From NCBI GenBank assembly GCA_963804645.1, contig CAWDRG010000002.1:96001-160000 (forward strand): a DNA stretch of 64,000 bases. Direction: 5' to 3'. The translations under genes were made by a program, and so were the position numbers. Origin of the DNA: an uncultured Bacillota bacterium (lineage in GTDB: Bacteria > Sysuimicrobiota > Sysuimicrobiia > Sysuimicrobiales > Segetimicrobiaceae). The notes below the pieces were generated by a model. It did no database searches, was not told the origin of the DNA, and was given only the letters and a program-made list of their open reading frames with translations. This document shows, in pieces, positions 1 to 12,700 of this stretch. The first letter of the stretch is position 1; each line of letters starts with the position of its first letter.

Positions 1-537
1 ATTCTCAAACAGCCGCAGCCACTTCGTGTGGTGCGGCAGGATTGCCGTGTGCAACATGTCGGGATTCGTGACGACGACGTGGCCGGCCGCGCGGATCGTG
101 CGCCGCGCATCGCCGGGCGTGTCCCCGTCGTAGGTGAAGGCGCCGATGCCAGCGCCGAGCCCCGTGATCAGCTGCTGCAACTCGTCGACCTGGTCCGCGC
201 CGAGCGCTTTCGTCGGGAACAGGTACAGCGCGCGTGGTCCCCCGCCGCGCAGAATCGTGTCGAGCACCGGCAGATTGTAGCAGAGGGTCTTCCCGGAGGC
301 GGTCGGGGTGACGACGACGAAATCGCGGCCCGCCCGTGCCTCCTGGTAGGCGCGTGCCTGATGGGTGTAGAGCCGCGTGATGCCGCCGCCGGCGAGCGCG
401 TGGCGCAGCCGGTGATCTATCTCGTCAGGGAACTCCGCAAACTGGGCGGGCTTGGCGGGAAACGTGCGCCATGCGGTGAACTGCTGCGCGAACCGGGAAC
501 GGGTTCGATACGCGTCGAGTATCTGCTCCAGCGTCAT
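1..537 (-). CDS. DEAD/DEAH-box SF2 helicase, YprA/MrfA (DUF1998-type) family, 5' portion (runs off window)
   Basis: Not in the ORF track; translated by hand from ATG 537: MTLEQILDAYRTRSRF...LYTHQA (Q motif)...VVVTPTASGKTLCYNLP (motif I)...ALYLFPTKAL (Ia)...TYDGDTP...VVVTNPDMLH (Ib). Frame stays open to base 1. Confidence 0.9.
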   Translation of the reverse strand, partial: MTLEQILDAYRTRSRFAQQFTAWRTFPAKPAQFAEFPDEIDHRLRHALAGGGITRLYTHQARAYQEARAGRDFVVVTPTASGKTLCYNLPVLDTILRGGGPRALYLFPTKALGADQVDELQQLITGLGAGIGAFTYDGDTPGDARRTIRAAGHVVVTNPDMLHTAILPHHTKWLRLFEN

Positions 538-590
538 ACGTGCCCCCCCGCGGTGTCGGGCCCGAGCCAGCATTCGAACCATGTGTTCGG

Positions 591-608
591 GTCGAACGCG
601 CGTTCGAC
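591..608. promoter_or_regulatory. LexA/SOS box (Gram-positive GAAC-N4-GTTC type)
   Basis: Perfect 18-bp palindrome GTCGAACGCGCGTTCGAC 54 bp upstream of the helicase ATG. A degenerate second site CGAAC-CATGT-GTTCG lies at 575-589. Confidence 0.75.
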
Positions 609-764
609 GGCGTATTTGCAGGTTCCTCCTACGGGGGCCGCCGATTGGAGCTGCGAGGGAGGCGCGTGGGCGGAGGCTTCGTGCCTCTGTCCCGTGGCGA
701 GCGAGCATGATGAACCGCGACTGACCAACAATTTATGTGTATAGCCGCCGCTGGTGCGCGGCGC

Positions 765-3700
765 TTAGAAGTGGATGAGGAGACCGGCGCTGAAGGTCTG
801 GTTGGTCTCGTTGCTGCTCCATGCCGCGTCGTAGCCGGCGTAGAGATCATAACGATCGGAGGCGTGGAGCGTGATGCGGGCCCCCGCCCCGACCGCGTTG
901 GGCGCCGCGGTAATGCCCGTCGTGAGGAACGGCCCCGCCGACGCGGCACCCAGCAGCAGCGTCTGAATCTGCGGAACCGGCTCCGTCGCCAGCGTCGTGT
1001 ACTCCGCGTGCAGCGTATACGTGATCTGGGTCCCCGCGGCAGTCGTCTGCGCGTAATCGAGGCGGACGCCCGCGAGGCCCTGCAGCCAATCCGCCGTCAC
1101 GGCATTGACCCCGAGATCGATCGAGCCGGCCCCCGACTCGTTGAACGCGGGCTCCGTCAGATGCACGTACTGGATGCCCAGCGTCGGACGGACGGTCAGC
1201 GCCCCCGCCTGCAGCCGGTAGTCGGCCTCGAGCCCGGCCATGATCTCGTTCCCCGTTCCCGATGCCGTTGCGGTCCTGGACAGATCCCCGAAATTGATCG
1301 GCCGGGTCGTCTGGAAGTTGTTCACCCCGTAGCCCACGAGCCCGCGCGCCTCGAACGCGCCCGCAGTGTAGCCGCCGTACACCGCCCCGGCGACCGTGGT
1401 GATCCCCGCCGTCCCATTACCGTTCGCGAGGGTGAGCGAGGACTGCCACGTCCCCGCGGCATATCCCCACGTCAGCCGCGGGCCGGCCGCGTGATCGTAT
1501 CCGAGCAGCAGTCCCGTGCTCTGGTTCGTGAACCCCGGCGCGTTCGCCGTCCCCTGCAGCGTCTGGCTGCTGGTCAGCGGCGTCAGCCATCCCGTCGGAT
1601 CCCCCGGTTCGGCGCCGGCCCATGTGACCGGTCCCGCCTGGCCGCTGAGTCCCGGCGCGAACGCGGTCAGCGCCGGCGTGGCCGCACTGGTGCCGCTCTG
1701 CACGTCGCTGAGGTGCTGGAAGACCAGATCCATCGCCGACCACGTGTCCTCGGCGGTGACGGTGGGGAGATTCGTGTACACCACCCCGGTGAGCGCGTCG
1801 AGCGCCGCGCGCACCTGGTTCCCCGTTGACAGGCTGGTCAGCGCGGTGAGCACCGTCGCCAGGTCCCCGCTTGCGGTCGGGGACGCCAAATCGAGCACCC
1901 GCGCCACCGCGATCTGGTTCGGCGTCTCCGCGAAGTCGCTGAAGTTGAACACGCTCCCGATCGTCAGCGTCAGCGCGTCCGCAGTGTAGCCGAGCGTGTA
2001 CTGCACGAACAGGTTGCCGGTGGCGTCCACCGTCCCGAACGTGCCGCTCAGCCCCCCGGCCGCGTTCAACAACGTGTACTGCCCCGGCGTGTACACGCCC
2101 GGATCGAAGGCGAGCGTCAGCGTTCCCGCGACCGTCGCCGCCCCGCCGATGCTCAGCTTGGATGCCGCGGTGGGCGACACTTCCGTGGCGAACGTGCCGC
2201 CTGCCCCCTGCGTGTAGATCCCGCTGATCGTGAGCGTTCCAATGCCGCTGCTCCCCGGCATCACCGTCCCCGCGACGTTCGTGACCGCTCCGCCGATGGT
2301 GCCCGCGCCCCGCAGCGTCCCGCCGGCATTGACCGTCACGGGCCCGAGGATGCTGCCCGTCGTGTCAGCACCGACGACGAGCGTGCCGCCGGTGATGGTC
2401 GTCCCGCCGGTATAGGTACTCGCCCCGCTGAGCGTGACCGTGCCACCGCCAATGATCAGCGCGCCAGGGCCGCTCAGCACCCCGGCGTACGTGCCGGCCC
2501 CGGCTTGGTTGAACTCGATGGTACCGTTATCCGCAATGTTGCCTTGGAGGCTCGCTGTCGTGCCCACGAGCGTCGTGCCCGCCCCGACGGTGGTCCCACC
2601 GGTGTACGTGTTTACCCCGCTCAACGTGAGCGTCCCGCCTCCGTTTGCCGTGAGCGCGCCGGGGCCGCTCAGGACTCCGCTGTACGTGCCCGCGCCCACC
2701 TGATTGAACTCGACCGTCCCACTATCCGCGATATTCCCCTGCAGGCTCGTCGTCGTCCCGATGAGCGTCGTGCCGGCCCCGACCGTGGTCCCGCCGCTGT
2801 ACGTGTTCGTCCCGCTCAGCGTGACCGTGCCCCCGCCCATGAGCGTCAGCACGCCCGACCCGCTCAGCACCCCGGCGTACGTCCCCGCGCCCGCCTGATC
2901 GAACTCGACCGTCCCGGCGTTCACAATATTGCCCTGCACGCTCGTCGTCGTGCCGATCAGCGTCGCGCCCGCCCCGACCGTCGTCCCGCCTCCGTACGTG
3001 TTCGCCCCGCTCAGCGTGAGCGTGCCCCCACCCGTCACCGTGAGCGCGCCGGGTCCACCGATCATTCCCGACAGCGTCCCGGCAAAGCCGTTCGTGTTGA
3101 CCGCCCCGCCGCCCGCACCGAGCGTTACCCCGCGCGCCGATACCACGTTCCCCGCCAACGCCAGCGTCCCGTTATTCAGCGTCAGCCCCGTCCCCGCGGC
3201 ACCCAGGTTGCCGTCGTTACTTACGCTCAGCGTGCTGCCGCCCGTCACCGTCGTCCCGCCCGAGTACGTGTTCACGCCGCCCAACACCAAGGTGCCTCCG
3301 CCTGTTACCGTGAGTGCACCCACGCCACCCACCACGCCCGATAGCGTCCCGGCAAACCCGTTCGTGTTGACCGTCCCGCCGCCCGCGTTCAGCGTCACTC
3401 CGCGCGCCGACGTGAAGCCCGCCCCCGCGAGTCCGAGCGTCCCGTTATCCAGCGTCAGGCCCCCCGCGGCATTGCCCAGGTTCGCGTCCGTGCTCACGCT
3501 CACCGTCCCGCCGCCCGTCACCGTCGTCCCACCCGTGTACGTGTTCACCCCACTCAAGGCCAGCGTGCCCCCACCCACGGTGATCCCGCCCGCCCCGCTC
3601 ACCACGCCCGACAGGGTCAGGGTCCCCGTGTTCGCCCCGTTCCCCACCGTCAGCCCCGCCGCATCATTGACGGCCCCCGACAGCGCGCTCGCCTGCCCCG

Positions 3701-6700
3701 TCGCCACCACCAGCGTCCCGCCCGTGCCCGCCGTCGTGAGGCTCCCCGCCCACATGATCCCCGTCGACATGAACAGCGTCCCGGTCGTCGCCCCGCCGCC
3801 CACCTGCGTGCCGCCCAGCGTCAGCGCGCCCACCGCCGAGCCGAGTTGGCCCGCATTGCTCACGCTCAGCGTGCCGGCGATGACGTTCGTGCTCGTCTGC
3901 TGGTTGTTGTTCGCCGTGAGGACCAGCGTCCCGTCGTTCGGATTCTGCGTGTTGAGGTCCAGCGTCGTCGCCGTGATCTGCGTCCCCCAAAGCAGTTGAC
4001 TATTCGGGGGCGCCTCGCAGTCCAGCACCGGGCTGCCGGAGCAGGCGCCCGCTATCAGTGTCAACTCCACGGCATTCGCCTGATAGGTCAACTCCGGGGT
4101 GAGCGCCCCGATGTTCGCTCCTCGCTGCGTGAGCGACCCGAACGTCCCCGACACACCCCCCGCCGCCGTCAACAGCGTGTACGCCGTCCCCGCCGTGTAC
4201 GCCCCCGCGTCGAACGTCAGCGCCAGTGCCCCGCCGAGCGACGCCGCGCCGGTGACCGCCAATTCACTCGCCGTCGCCGGGTTCGCCTCGATCCCCAGCG
4301 TGCCGCCGCCTCCCTGCGTGTAGTTCCCCGTCACCGCGAGGGTCCCCAGCGTCCCCGGCGTCCCGCCTGCCGTCACCGTGCCGGCGTTCGTGACGCTGCC
4401 CCCCACCGCCCCATAGCCCGTGAGCGTTCCACCGGCCTGCACCGTCACGCTCCCGCCGTACACCGCCCCCGGCGTCGCGCTCGTGCCGACCGTCAGCGTC
4501 CCATTCGTCACCGTGAACGTCCCCGTCGCGCCGCTGCCGTTCCCCGTCAGCGCCACCGTCCCCGGTCCCGTCAGCGCCAGCACGCCGGTGCCGTTGAGTG
4601 TGCCTGACAATGTCAGCGTTGTCCCTGCGTTCGGGGTAAACGTCCCACCCCCCGCGGCCACGGTGACCGTCCGCGCCGACGCAAACGTACCGGTCGTCGC
4701 CAGCGCCCCGTTGTTGAACGTCATCCCGCCGGCCCCGGCTCCGAGGTTCGCGTCGGCCCCCACGCTCACCATGGCCCCGCCCTCGATCGTCGTGCCGCCC
4801 GCGTACGTGTTCACTCCGCTCAGCGTCGTCGTCCCTGCGCCCGCCGCAGTCAGGCCGCCGTTCCCCGAGATCACCCCCGAGAACGTCACGGCGTTGCCGC
4901 CGTTATTGAGCGTCCCCCCACCGTTCAGCGCGATCGTTCGCGCCGAGGCCCCGAAGCCCGCGCTGTTGATCGCCAGCGTCCCGGTATTCAGCGTCACGCC
5001 GCCCGCGGCGTTCCCGAGGTTACTGTCGCTGCCCACGCTCAGCGTCCCGCCCGTCACCGTCGTCCCGCCGGTGTACGTATTGATCCCGCTCAGCGTCGTC
5101 GGCCCCGCGCCCGACGCCGTGAGCCCGCCGTTCCCCGAGATCACCCCCGAGAATGTCACCGCGTTGCCGCCGTTGTTGAGCGTCCCCCCACCGTTCAGCG
5201 CGATCGTCCGCGCCGACGTGAGCGGGGCCGTCGTCAGGAGCGTCCCCCCGGTCAGCGTCAGTCCACCCGCGGCGTTGCCGAGATTGCTGTCCGCGCTCAC
5301 GCTCAGCGTTCCCGCCGTCAGCGTCGTCCCGCCCGTGTACGTATTCACCCCCGACAGCGTCGTCGTCCCCGCGCCCGCCAGCGTCAGCCCGCCGCTTCCC
5401 GAGATCACTCCCGAGAACGCCGCGGCGTTGCCGCCGTTGTTGAGCGTGCTCCCTCCGCTCACCGTGATTGCCTGCGCCGCGGTCCCAAACCCCGCTCCGC
5501 TGATCAGCAGTGTCGCCGCGTTCAGCGCCAGCGTCGCCGAGCCGGCCCCCAGGTTGCTCGGAGTGCCGATACTCAGGGTGCCTCCGCTCACCTGCAGCGT
5601 CCCCGTCAGCGTGTTCGTCCCCGTCAGCGTCGTCGTGGCCCCGCCCAGCACCGTCAGCGTTCCACTCCCCGAGATCACCCCCGACCACACCGTGTTGAAC
5701 GATCCCACGCTGAGCGTCCCCGTCCCCGGCACCGCGATCGCCCGGGCCGAGCTCCCGAACGTCCCCGCCGTGACCAGCAGCGTCCCGCCGTTGAACGTCA
5801 CCCCGCCCGCCGCGTTCCCGAGATTGCTGTCCGCGCTGACATCCAGCGTCCCCGCGTTCAGCGTCGTGCCGCCCTGGTACGTGTTCGTCCCCGTCAGCGC
5901 GACCGTCCCGCCGCCGACGGTCACCCCGCCCGCCCCGCTGATCGTCCCCGACAGCGTCAGCGCCCCGACATCACCCGCATCCCCAACGGTCAGCCCCGCC
6001 GCGTTCGCGATGTTCCCCGACAGCGTGCTCGTCTGCCCGGTGCTCACCAAGAGCGTCCCGCCCGCCCCCGCCGTCGCGACGCTCCCCGCCCACACGAGGC
6101 CCGTCGTCATCGACAGCGTCCCGTTCGTCGCCCCGCCGCCTGCCTGCGTCCCGCCCAGCGTCAGCGCCCCCAGCGCCGCCCCCAGATTCCCCGCCGCGCT
6201 CACGCTGAGGGTGCCCGCGATCACGTTGGTGCTCGTCTGCTGGTTCGCCGCGTTCGACAGCACCATCGTCCCGCTGTTCGGACTCTGCGTGTTCAGGTCC
6301 AACGTCGTCGCCGTGATCTGCGTCGCCCACGGCAGCGTCCCACCGGTCGGCACTTCACAATCCAGCGGGTCCGGCCCCGTGCACGCGCCCGGCTCCAGCG
6401 TCACGTTCACCGCGTTCGCCAGGTAGGTCAATTCCGGCGTCAGGAGGCCGAGGCTCACACCGCCCAGCGTCAGGGTCCCGAACGTGCCCGAGACACCCCC
6501 GGCCGCCGTCAGGATCGTGTACTGCGTCAGCGCCGTGTACGCGCCCGCATCGAACGTCAGCGCCAGCGTTCCCGCGAGCGACGCCGAGCCGCTGATCACC
6601 AACTCGCTGGAGGTTGCCGGGTTCGCTTCAATGGAGAGCGTGTCACCGGCGCCCTGCGTGTAGTTCCCCGACACCGTCAGCGTCCCGATCGTCCCGCCCG

Positions 6701-9700
6701 GCGCTACCGTGCCGCCGTTCGTCACGTTCCCGCTCACCGTGCCGTGCCCGGCCAGCGTCCCGCCTGCCTGCACCGCCACGCTGCCGCCGTAGGTCACGCC
6801 GGGGATCGCGGCACTCCCCACTTCCAGCGTGCCGCTCGTCACCGTAAACGTCCCCGTGGCGCCGCTCGCGGTGCCGGTCAAGAGCAGCATCCCGGCGCCG
6901 TTGAGGGCCAGCGCCCCGCTGCCCGTCAGCGTCCCCGACAGCGTCAGCGTCGTCCCGCCGCTCGGCGTGAACGTCCCGCCCCCCGCCCCCGTCGTCACCG
7001 TCCGCGCCGACGTGAACGTCCCCGTCGTCGCCAGCGTGCCACCACTCAAGGTGACGCCATTCGCTGCGGCGCCCAGGTCGGCATCGGCTCCCACGCTCAG
7101 CGTCCCCGCCGTCAGCGTGTTCCCGCCCGTGTAAGTGTTGCTCGCGTCGGACAGGACGACGGTCCCCGCCCCGTTCAGCGTCAGCCCGCCGGCGCCGCCC
7201 AGCGCGCCCGACAGCGTCAGCGTCGTCGCGACGTTGGGGCTGAACTGCCCACCGCCCAGCGTGATGCTCCGCGCCGAACTGAACGTCGCGGTGCTCACGA
7301 GCGCGCCCCCGTTGAGGGTCACCACGTTGGCGGCGTTGCCGAGATTGTTGTCCGCGCTCACGCTCAGCGTGCCGGTCGTCACGGTGGCGCCGCCAGTGAA
7401 GATATTGCCAGTGGAAAGGACCACCGTCCCGGCCCCGTTGAGGATCAGAGAGCCCATGCCATTCACCGTATTATTGAGGGTCAGCGTCGTCCCCGCGTTC
7501 GGGCTGAATTGCCCGCCGCCCAAGGTGACATGACGGGTCGAGGTGAACGTCGCGGTCGTCACGAGCGTCCCGGTGTTCAGCGTCAGGTTGCCAATGGTGT
7601 TGCCGAGGTTGTTGTCGGCGCCGATGCTCAGCGTCGCGTTCGTGAGCGTCGTCCCGCCCGAGTAGGAATTCGACCCACTGAGCGTGACGGCACCGCCGCC
7701 GGTCACCGTCACCGTGCCCGGCCCGCTCAGCACCCCGCCGTACGTGCCGCTTCCTGCCTGATTGAAGGCGACGGCGGCGTTGTCTGCAATGGCGCCTTGC
7801 AGGCTCGTCGTCGTGCCCTGCAGCGTTCCTCCGTTCACGGTTGTCCCGCCAGAGTAAGTGTTGGCTCCGCTCAGCGTCGTTGTGCCCGCGCCCTGGAACG
7901 TCACACCGCCGCCCGTAATGACTCCTGACAGTGTGGCGTTGAATCCACCGTTGTTGATGGTGTTCAGGGACCCGCTCAACGTGATCGCCTGCGGCAACGT
8001 TCCGAACCCGGCCGCGTTGATCAACAGCGTCCCCTGGTTCAGCGTCAAACCGCCGGGTGGGCCGCCGAGATTGCTGAAACTGCTCACGCTCAGCGTGCCG
8101 TTTGAGGAAACCGTGGTCCCGCCCGTGTAGGAGTTTGTCCCGGAAAACGTAACCGTGCCAAAGCCTGTGACGGTCACGTTCCCAGGCCCGCTCAGCACCC
8201 CGCTGTATGTGCCGTTGGCCATACTGAAGATGACCGCCGCGTCGTCTGTGATGGCGCCCTGCAGGCTCGTCGTCGTTCCTTCGAGCGTCCCCGCGCTCAC
8301 CGTGGTTCCGCCCGTGTACGTGTTCGTCCCGGTGAGCGTCGTGGTGCCCATCCCGAGCAGCGTGAGGCTCCCGGACCCCACGATCGCCTCCCCAAACGCC
8401 GCGTTGAAGCCGTTGTTGTTAATCGTGCCGGCGCCCGCCAGCGTTGTCGCGGAATTCGACAACGAGAACGACGGCCCGGTGATCGACAGTGTCCCGCCGT
8501 TGAACGTCAATCCCCCGAACCCGAGATTGCTGAAACTGCCCACGCTCAGCGTCGCGTTCGTGATCGACGTCGCGCCGGCGTAGCTGTTCCCCCCGGTAAA
8601 CGTGAGCGTGCCGCCGCCCGTCACCGTCACGCTCCCAGTCCCGGAGAGCGACCCGGCGTACGTCCCGCTCCCCGCCTGGTTGAACGTCACCGCTGCGTTG
8701 TCCGTGATGTTGCCCCGCAGGCTTGTCGTCGTTCCCTGCAGCGTCCCCGCGCTGACCGTCGTGCCGTTCGAGTACGTGTTCGCCCCGCTCAGCGTCGTGG
8801 TCCCCGCTCCCTGGAACGTCACGTTTGCGATCCCCGAGATGATTCCCGCCAGGGTGGGGGTGAATCCACCGTTGTCGACGGTGTCTTGGCCTCCGCTCAG
8901 CGTGATGGATTGCGCCAGGGTTCCGAACCCCGCCGAGTTGATCAGCAGCGTCCCGGTGTTCAGCGTCAACGTATCGGACGCCGCTCCGAGGTTGCTCGGC
9001 GCCCCCACGCTGAGCGTGAGGTGCGACGTGACCGTCGTGCCGCCCGTGTACGTGCTCGTCCCCGAGAACGTGACCGTGTTCGTGCCAAGACCGGTCACCG
9101 TCACGTTCCCGGTCCCGCTCATCGCCCCGGCGTACGTGCCGCTGCCCGCCTGATTGAAAATGACGGCCGCGTTGTTCGTGATGGCACCCTGCAGGCTCGC
9201 CGTCGTCCCCTGCAGCGTCCCCGCGCTCACGGTGGTCCCGCCCGAGTAGGTGTTGGCCCCACTCAGCGTCGTGGTGCCCGTCCCAACGAGCGTCAACGCG
9301 CCGCTCCCCGAGATCACCCCCGAGAGCGTCGGCCCGCCGGCACTGCTCCCGTTGTTGATCGTCCCGCCGCTCGCCCCCAGCGTGACCGCCCGCGAAGAGC
9401 TAAATGATTGTGAGACCAGTAGCGTGCCGCCGTTGAGGGTCACCGAGTTCGCGGCGTTGCCGAGATTCGAGTCGCTCATGACGCTGAGCGTCCCACTCGT
9501 GACCGTCACGCCGCCCGTGAACGACCCGAAATTGCTGAGCACTAGCGTCCCCGCACCGCTCATCGTCAGCCCGCCGGCGCCGCTCATCGTTCCACTCAAC
9601 GTCAGCGTCGTCGCCGCGGCCGGGCTGATCGCCCCGCCGCCGAGCGCCACCGTCCGGATCGAGTTGATCGTCGCCGTCGTCACGAGCGCCCCGCCATTGA

Positions 9701-12700
9701 GCGTCACCGTGTTGACCGCGTTGCCCAGGTCGGCGTCCGCCGCCACGCTCAGGGTGCCCGCGCTGATCGTGACGTTGCCGGTGAAGCTGTTGCTGGCGTT
9801 CGTGAGGGCGAGCGTTCCCGCGCCGTTCAGTCTCACCCCCCCGGCGCCGCTCAGTACCCCCGACAGCGTCAGCGTCGTCCCGCCGTCCGGGCTGATCCCC
9901 CCACCGCTAAGGCTGATCCCTCGCGCCGAGGTAAAGGTCCCGGAACTCTCGAGCGTGCCGCCGTTGAGGGTCACGGTGTTCGCCGCGGCGCCGAGGGCGT
10001 TGTCGGCGCTGACGTCCAGGGTCCCGGCGGTGACGGTCACCCCGCCTGTAAACGTGTTGGCGCCGGACAGCGCGAGCGTGGCCCCGCTGTCGTTAAAGGT
10101 CAACCCAACGGACCCGCTCAGCACGCCCGACAGCGTCAGCGTGGTCCCGCCGCTTGGACTCAGGGTCCCACCGCCCAGCGTCACGTTCCGCGCGGAACTG
10201 AACGTTGCGGTCGTCACGAGCGCACCGCTGTTGAGCGCGACCGCGCCGGCCCCCCCGAGGTTATTGTCGGCGCCCACCTCCAGCGTGCCGGCCGTGAGCG
10301 TCGTGCCGCCCGCATACGTGTTCATCCCGCTGAGCACCAGCGTGCCGGCGCCGTTGAGGATCACCGCGCCGCCGCTCAGCACGCCCGACAGCGTCAGCGT
10401 CGTCCCGCTATTTGGACTCAGGGTGCCGCCGCCGAGGGTGACCGCGCGGGCCGACGCAAACGTCGCGGTGGTCGCGAGCGTCCCGCCGTTCAGCACCAGG
10501 GCGCCCGCGGCGTTGCCCAGGTTGTTGTCGGCGCTGACGCTGAGCGTCCCGGCCGAGACCGCGGCACCGCCGGTGTAGGTGTTCGTCCCGCTCAAGGTGA
10601 GCGTGCCGCCGCCGACGCTCACCCCGCCCCCGCCGCTGATGATCCCCGACAGCGTCAGCGCTCCGGTGTCGCCCGCATCCCCGACCGTCAGCCCCGCCGC
10701 GTCGGCGACGTTCCCCGACAGCGTGCTCGTCTGGCCGTTGCTCACGAGCAGCGTGCCACCCGTCCCCGCCGTCGTGATGCTCCCCGCCCAGGAGATCCCG
10801 CCCGTCATCGAGAGCGTCGCGCCGGTCGCCCCGCCGCCCGCCTGCGTCCCCCCTAGTGTGAGCGCCCCCGTCCCGGACCCCAGATCCCCGGCCGCGCTCA
10901 CGCTGAGCGTCCCGGCGATCACGTTCATCGTCGTCTGCTGGTTCGCCGCGTTCGTCAGCATCATCGTCCCGCTATTGGGGCTCTGGGTGTTCACGTCCAA
11001 CGTCGTCGCGGTGATCTGGGTCGACCACGGCAGCGTCGCGCCCGACGGGATCTCGCAGTCCAGAGGGTCCGTTCCCGTGCACAGCTGCCCGTAGAGGGTC
11101 ACGTCGACCTCGTTGGCCATGTAGTTCAGCGCCGGTGTCAGCGACCCGATGCTTGCTCCGCCCTCCGTGAGCGCCGCGAACGCCCCGGCCACACCCCCCG
11201 CGGCCGTGAGGATCGGGTACACCGTCCCCTGGAGGTACGTCCCCGCATCGAACGTCAGCGCGAGCGTGCCCCCGAGCGACGCCGAGCCGGTCACCACCAG
11301 CTCGCTCGACGTCGTCGGGTTCGCTTCAATGGAGAGTGTGTCGCCCGCGCCCTGCGTGTAGTTCCCATTCACCGTCAGCGTCCCAATCGTCCCGCCCGGT
11401 GCGACGGTGCCGCCGTTCGTGACGTTCCCGCTCACCGTGCCGTGGCCCGCGAGCGTCCCGGCCGCCTGCACCGCGACGTTCCCGCCGTAGGTGACTCCGG
11501 GGATCGCGGCGCTGCCGACTTCCAACGTCCCGCTTGCTACCGTAAACGTCCCCGTGGCACCGTTCGCGGTTCCGGTCAGCAGGACCATCCCGGCTCCGTT
11601 CAGCGCCAGCGCCCCGGTGCCGCTCAGCGTCCCCGAGAGCGTCAGCGTCGTCCCGCCGCTGGGCGTGAACGCGCCGCCGGCTGCGCCCGCCGTCACCGTC
11701 CGGGCTGACGTGAACGTCCCCGTCGTCGCCAGCGTCCCTCCGTTGAACGTCACGGCGTTCGCCGCGGCGCCCAGGTTGTTATCCGCGCCGACGCTCAGCG
11801 TGCCGGCCGTCAGCGTATCCCCGCCGGTGAACGTGTTCGCCCCGGACGGCGCGAGCGTCCCGGCGCCGTTCAGGGTCAGCCCGCCGCTCCCCGCCACGGC
11901 GGTCGAGAGCGTGAACGTCGTTCCCACGCCCGGGGCGAAGATGCCGCCGCCGAACAGTGTAACCGTGCGCGCGGACGTGAACGTCGCCGTCGTCGCGAGC
12001 GTCGCGCCTTCCAACGTCACGCCCCAACTGGCGTTGCCCAGATTGTTGTCGGCGCCGACGCTCAGCGTGCCCGCTTCGATCACCGTTCCACCCGTGTATG
12101 TGTTGGTCCCGGAGAGGGCGAGCGTCCCGGCGCCATTGAGGGTCAGCATGGCGCTTCCGCTTACGACGCCCGAGAGCGTGAGCGTCGTCCCGGCGTTCGG
12201 GGCGATGACCGCGCCACCCTCGGTGACGTTCCGCGACGAGCTAAACGTCGCGGTGGTCTGCAGGATGCTGAACGGGGTGCTCAACGTCACCGCGTTCGCG
12301 GCCGCGCCGAAGTTTGCGTCGGCGCTCACGCTCAATGTGCCGGCCGTCACCGTGACCCCGCCGGTGAACGTGTTGGTCCCAGACAAGGCGAGCGTTCCCT
12401 GCCCGTTCAGCGTCAGCCCCGCGCCGCCGCTCAGCACGCCCGACAGCGTGAGCTTGGTCCCGCTGTTCGGACTCAGGGTCCCGCCGCCGAGCGTCGCGCT
12501 CCGGGCCGAGCTGAACGTCGCGGTCGTCTGGAGCGTACCGCCGTTGAGCGTCACCGCGTTCGCCGCCGCCCCGAGGTTCGCGTCGGCGCTCACGCTGAGC
12601 GTGCCGGCCGTGAGCGTGTCGCCCCCGGTGAACGTATTGGTCCCCGATAGGACGAGCGTGGCCCCGCTGTCGTTGAAGGTCAGCCCGGCGGACCCGCTCA

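Noticed and set aside
28..744. 238-aa plus-strand ORF
   Set aside because: It is antisense to the helicase, whose minus frame carries clear SF2 motifs.
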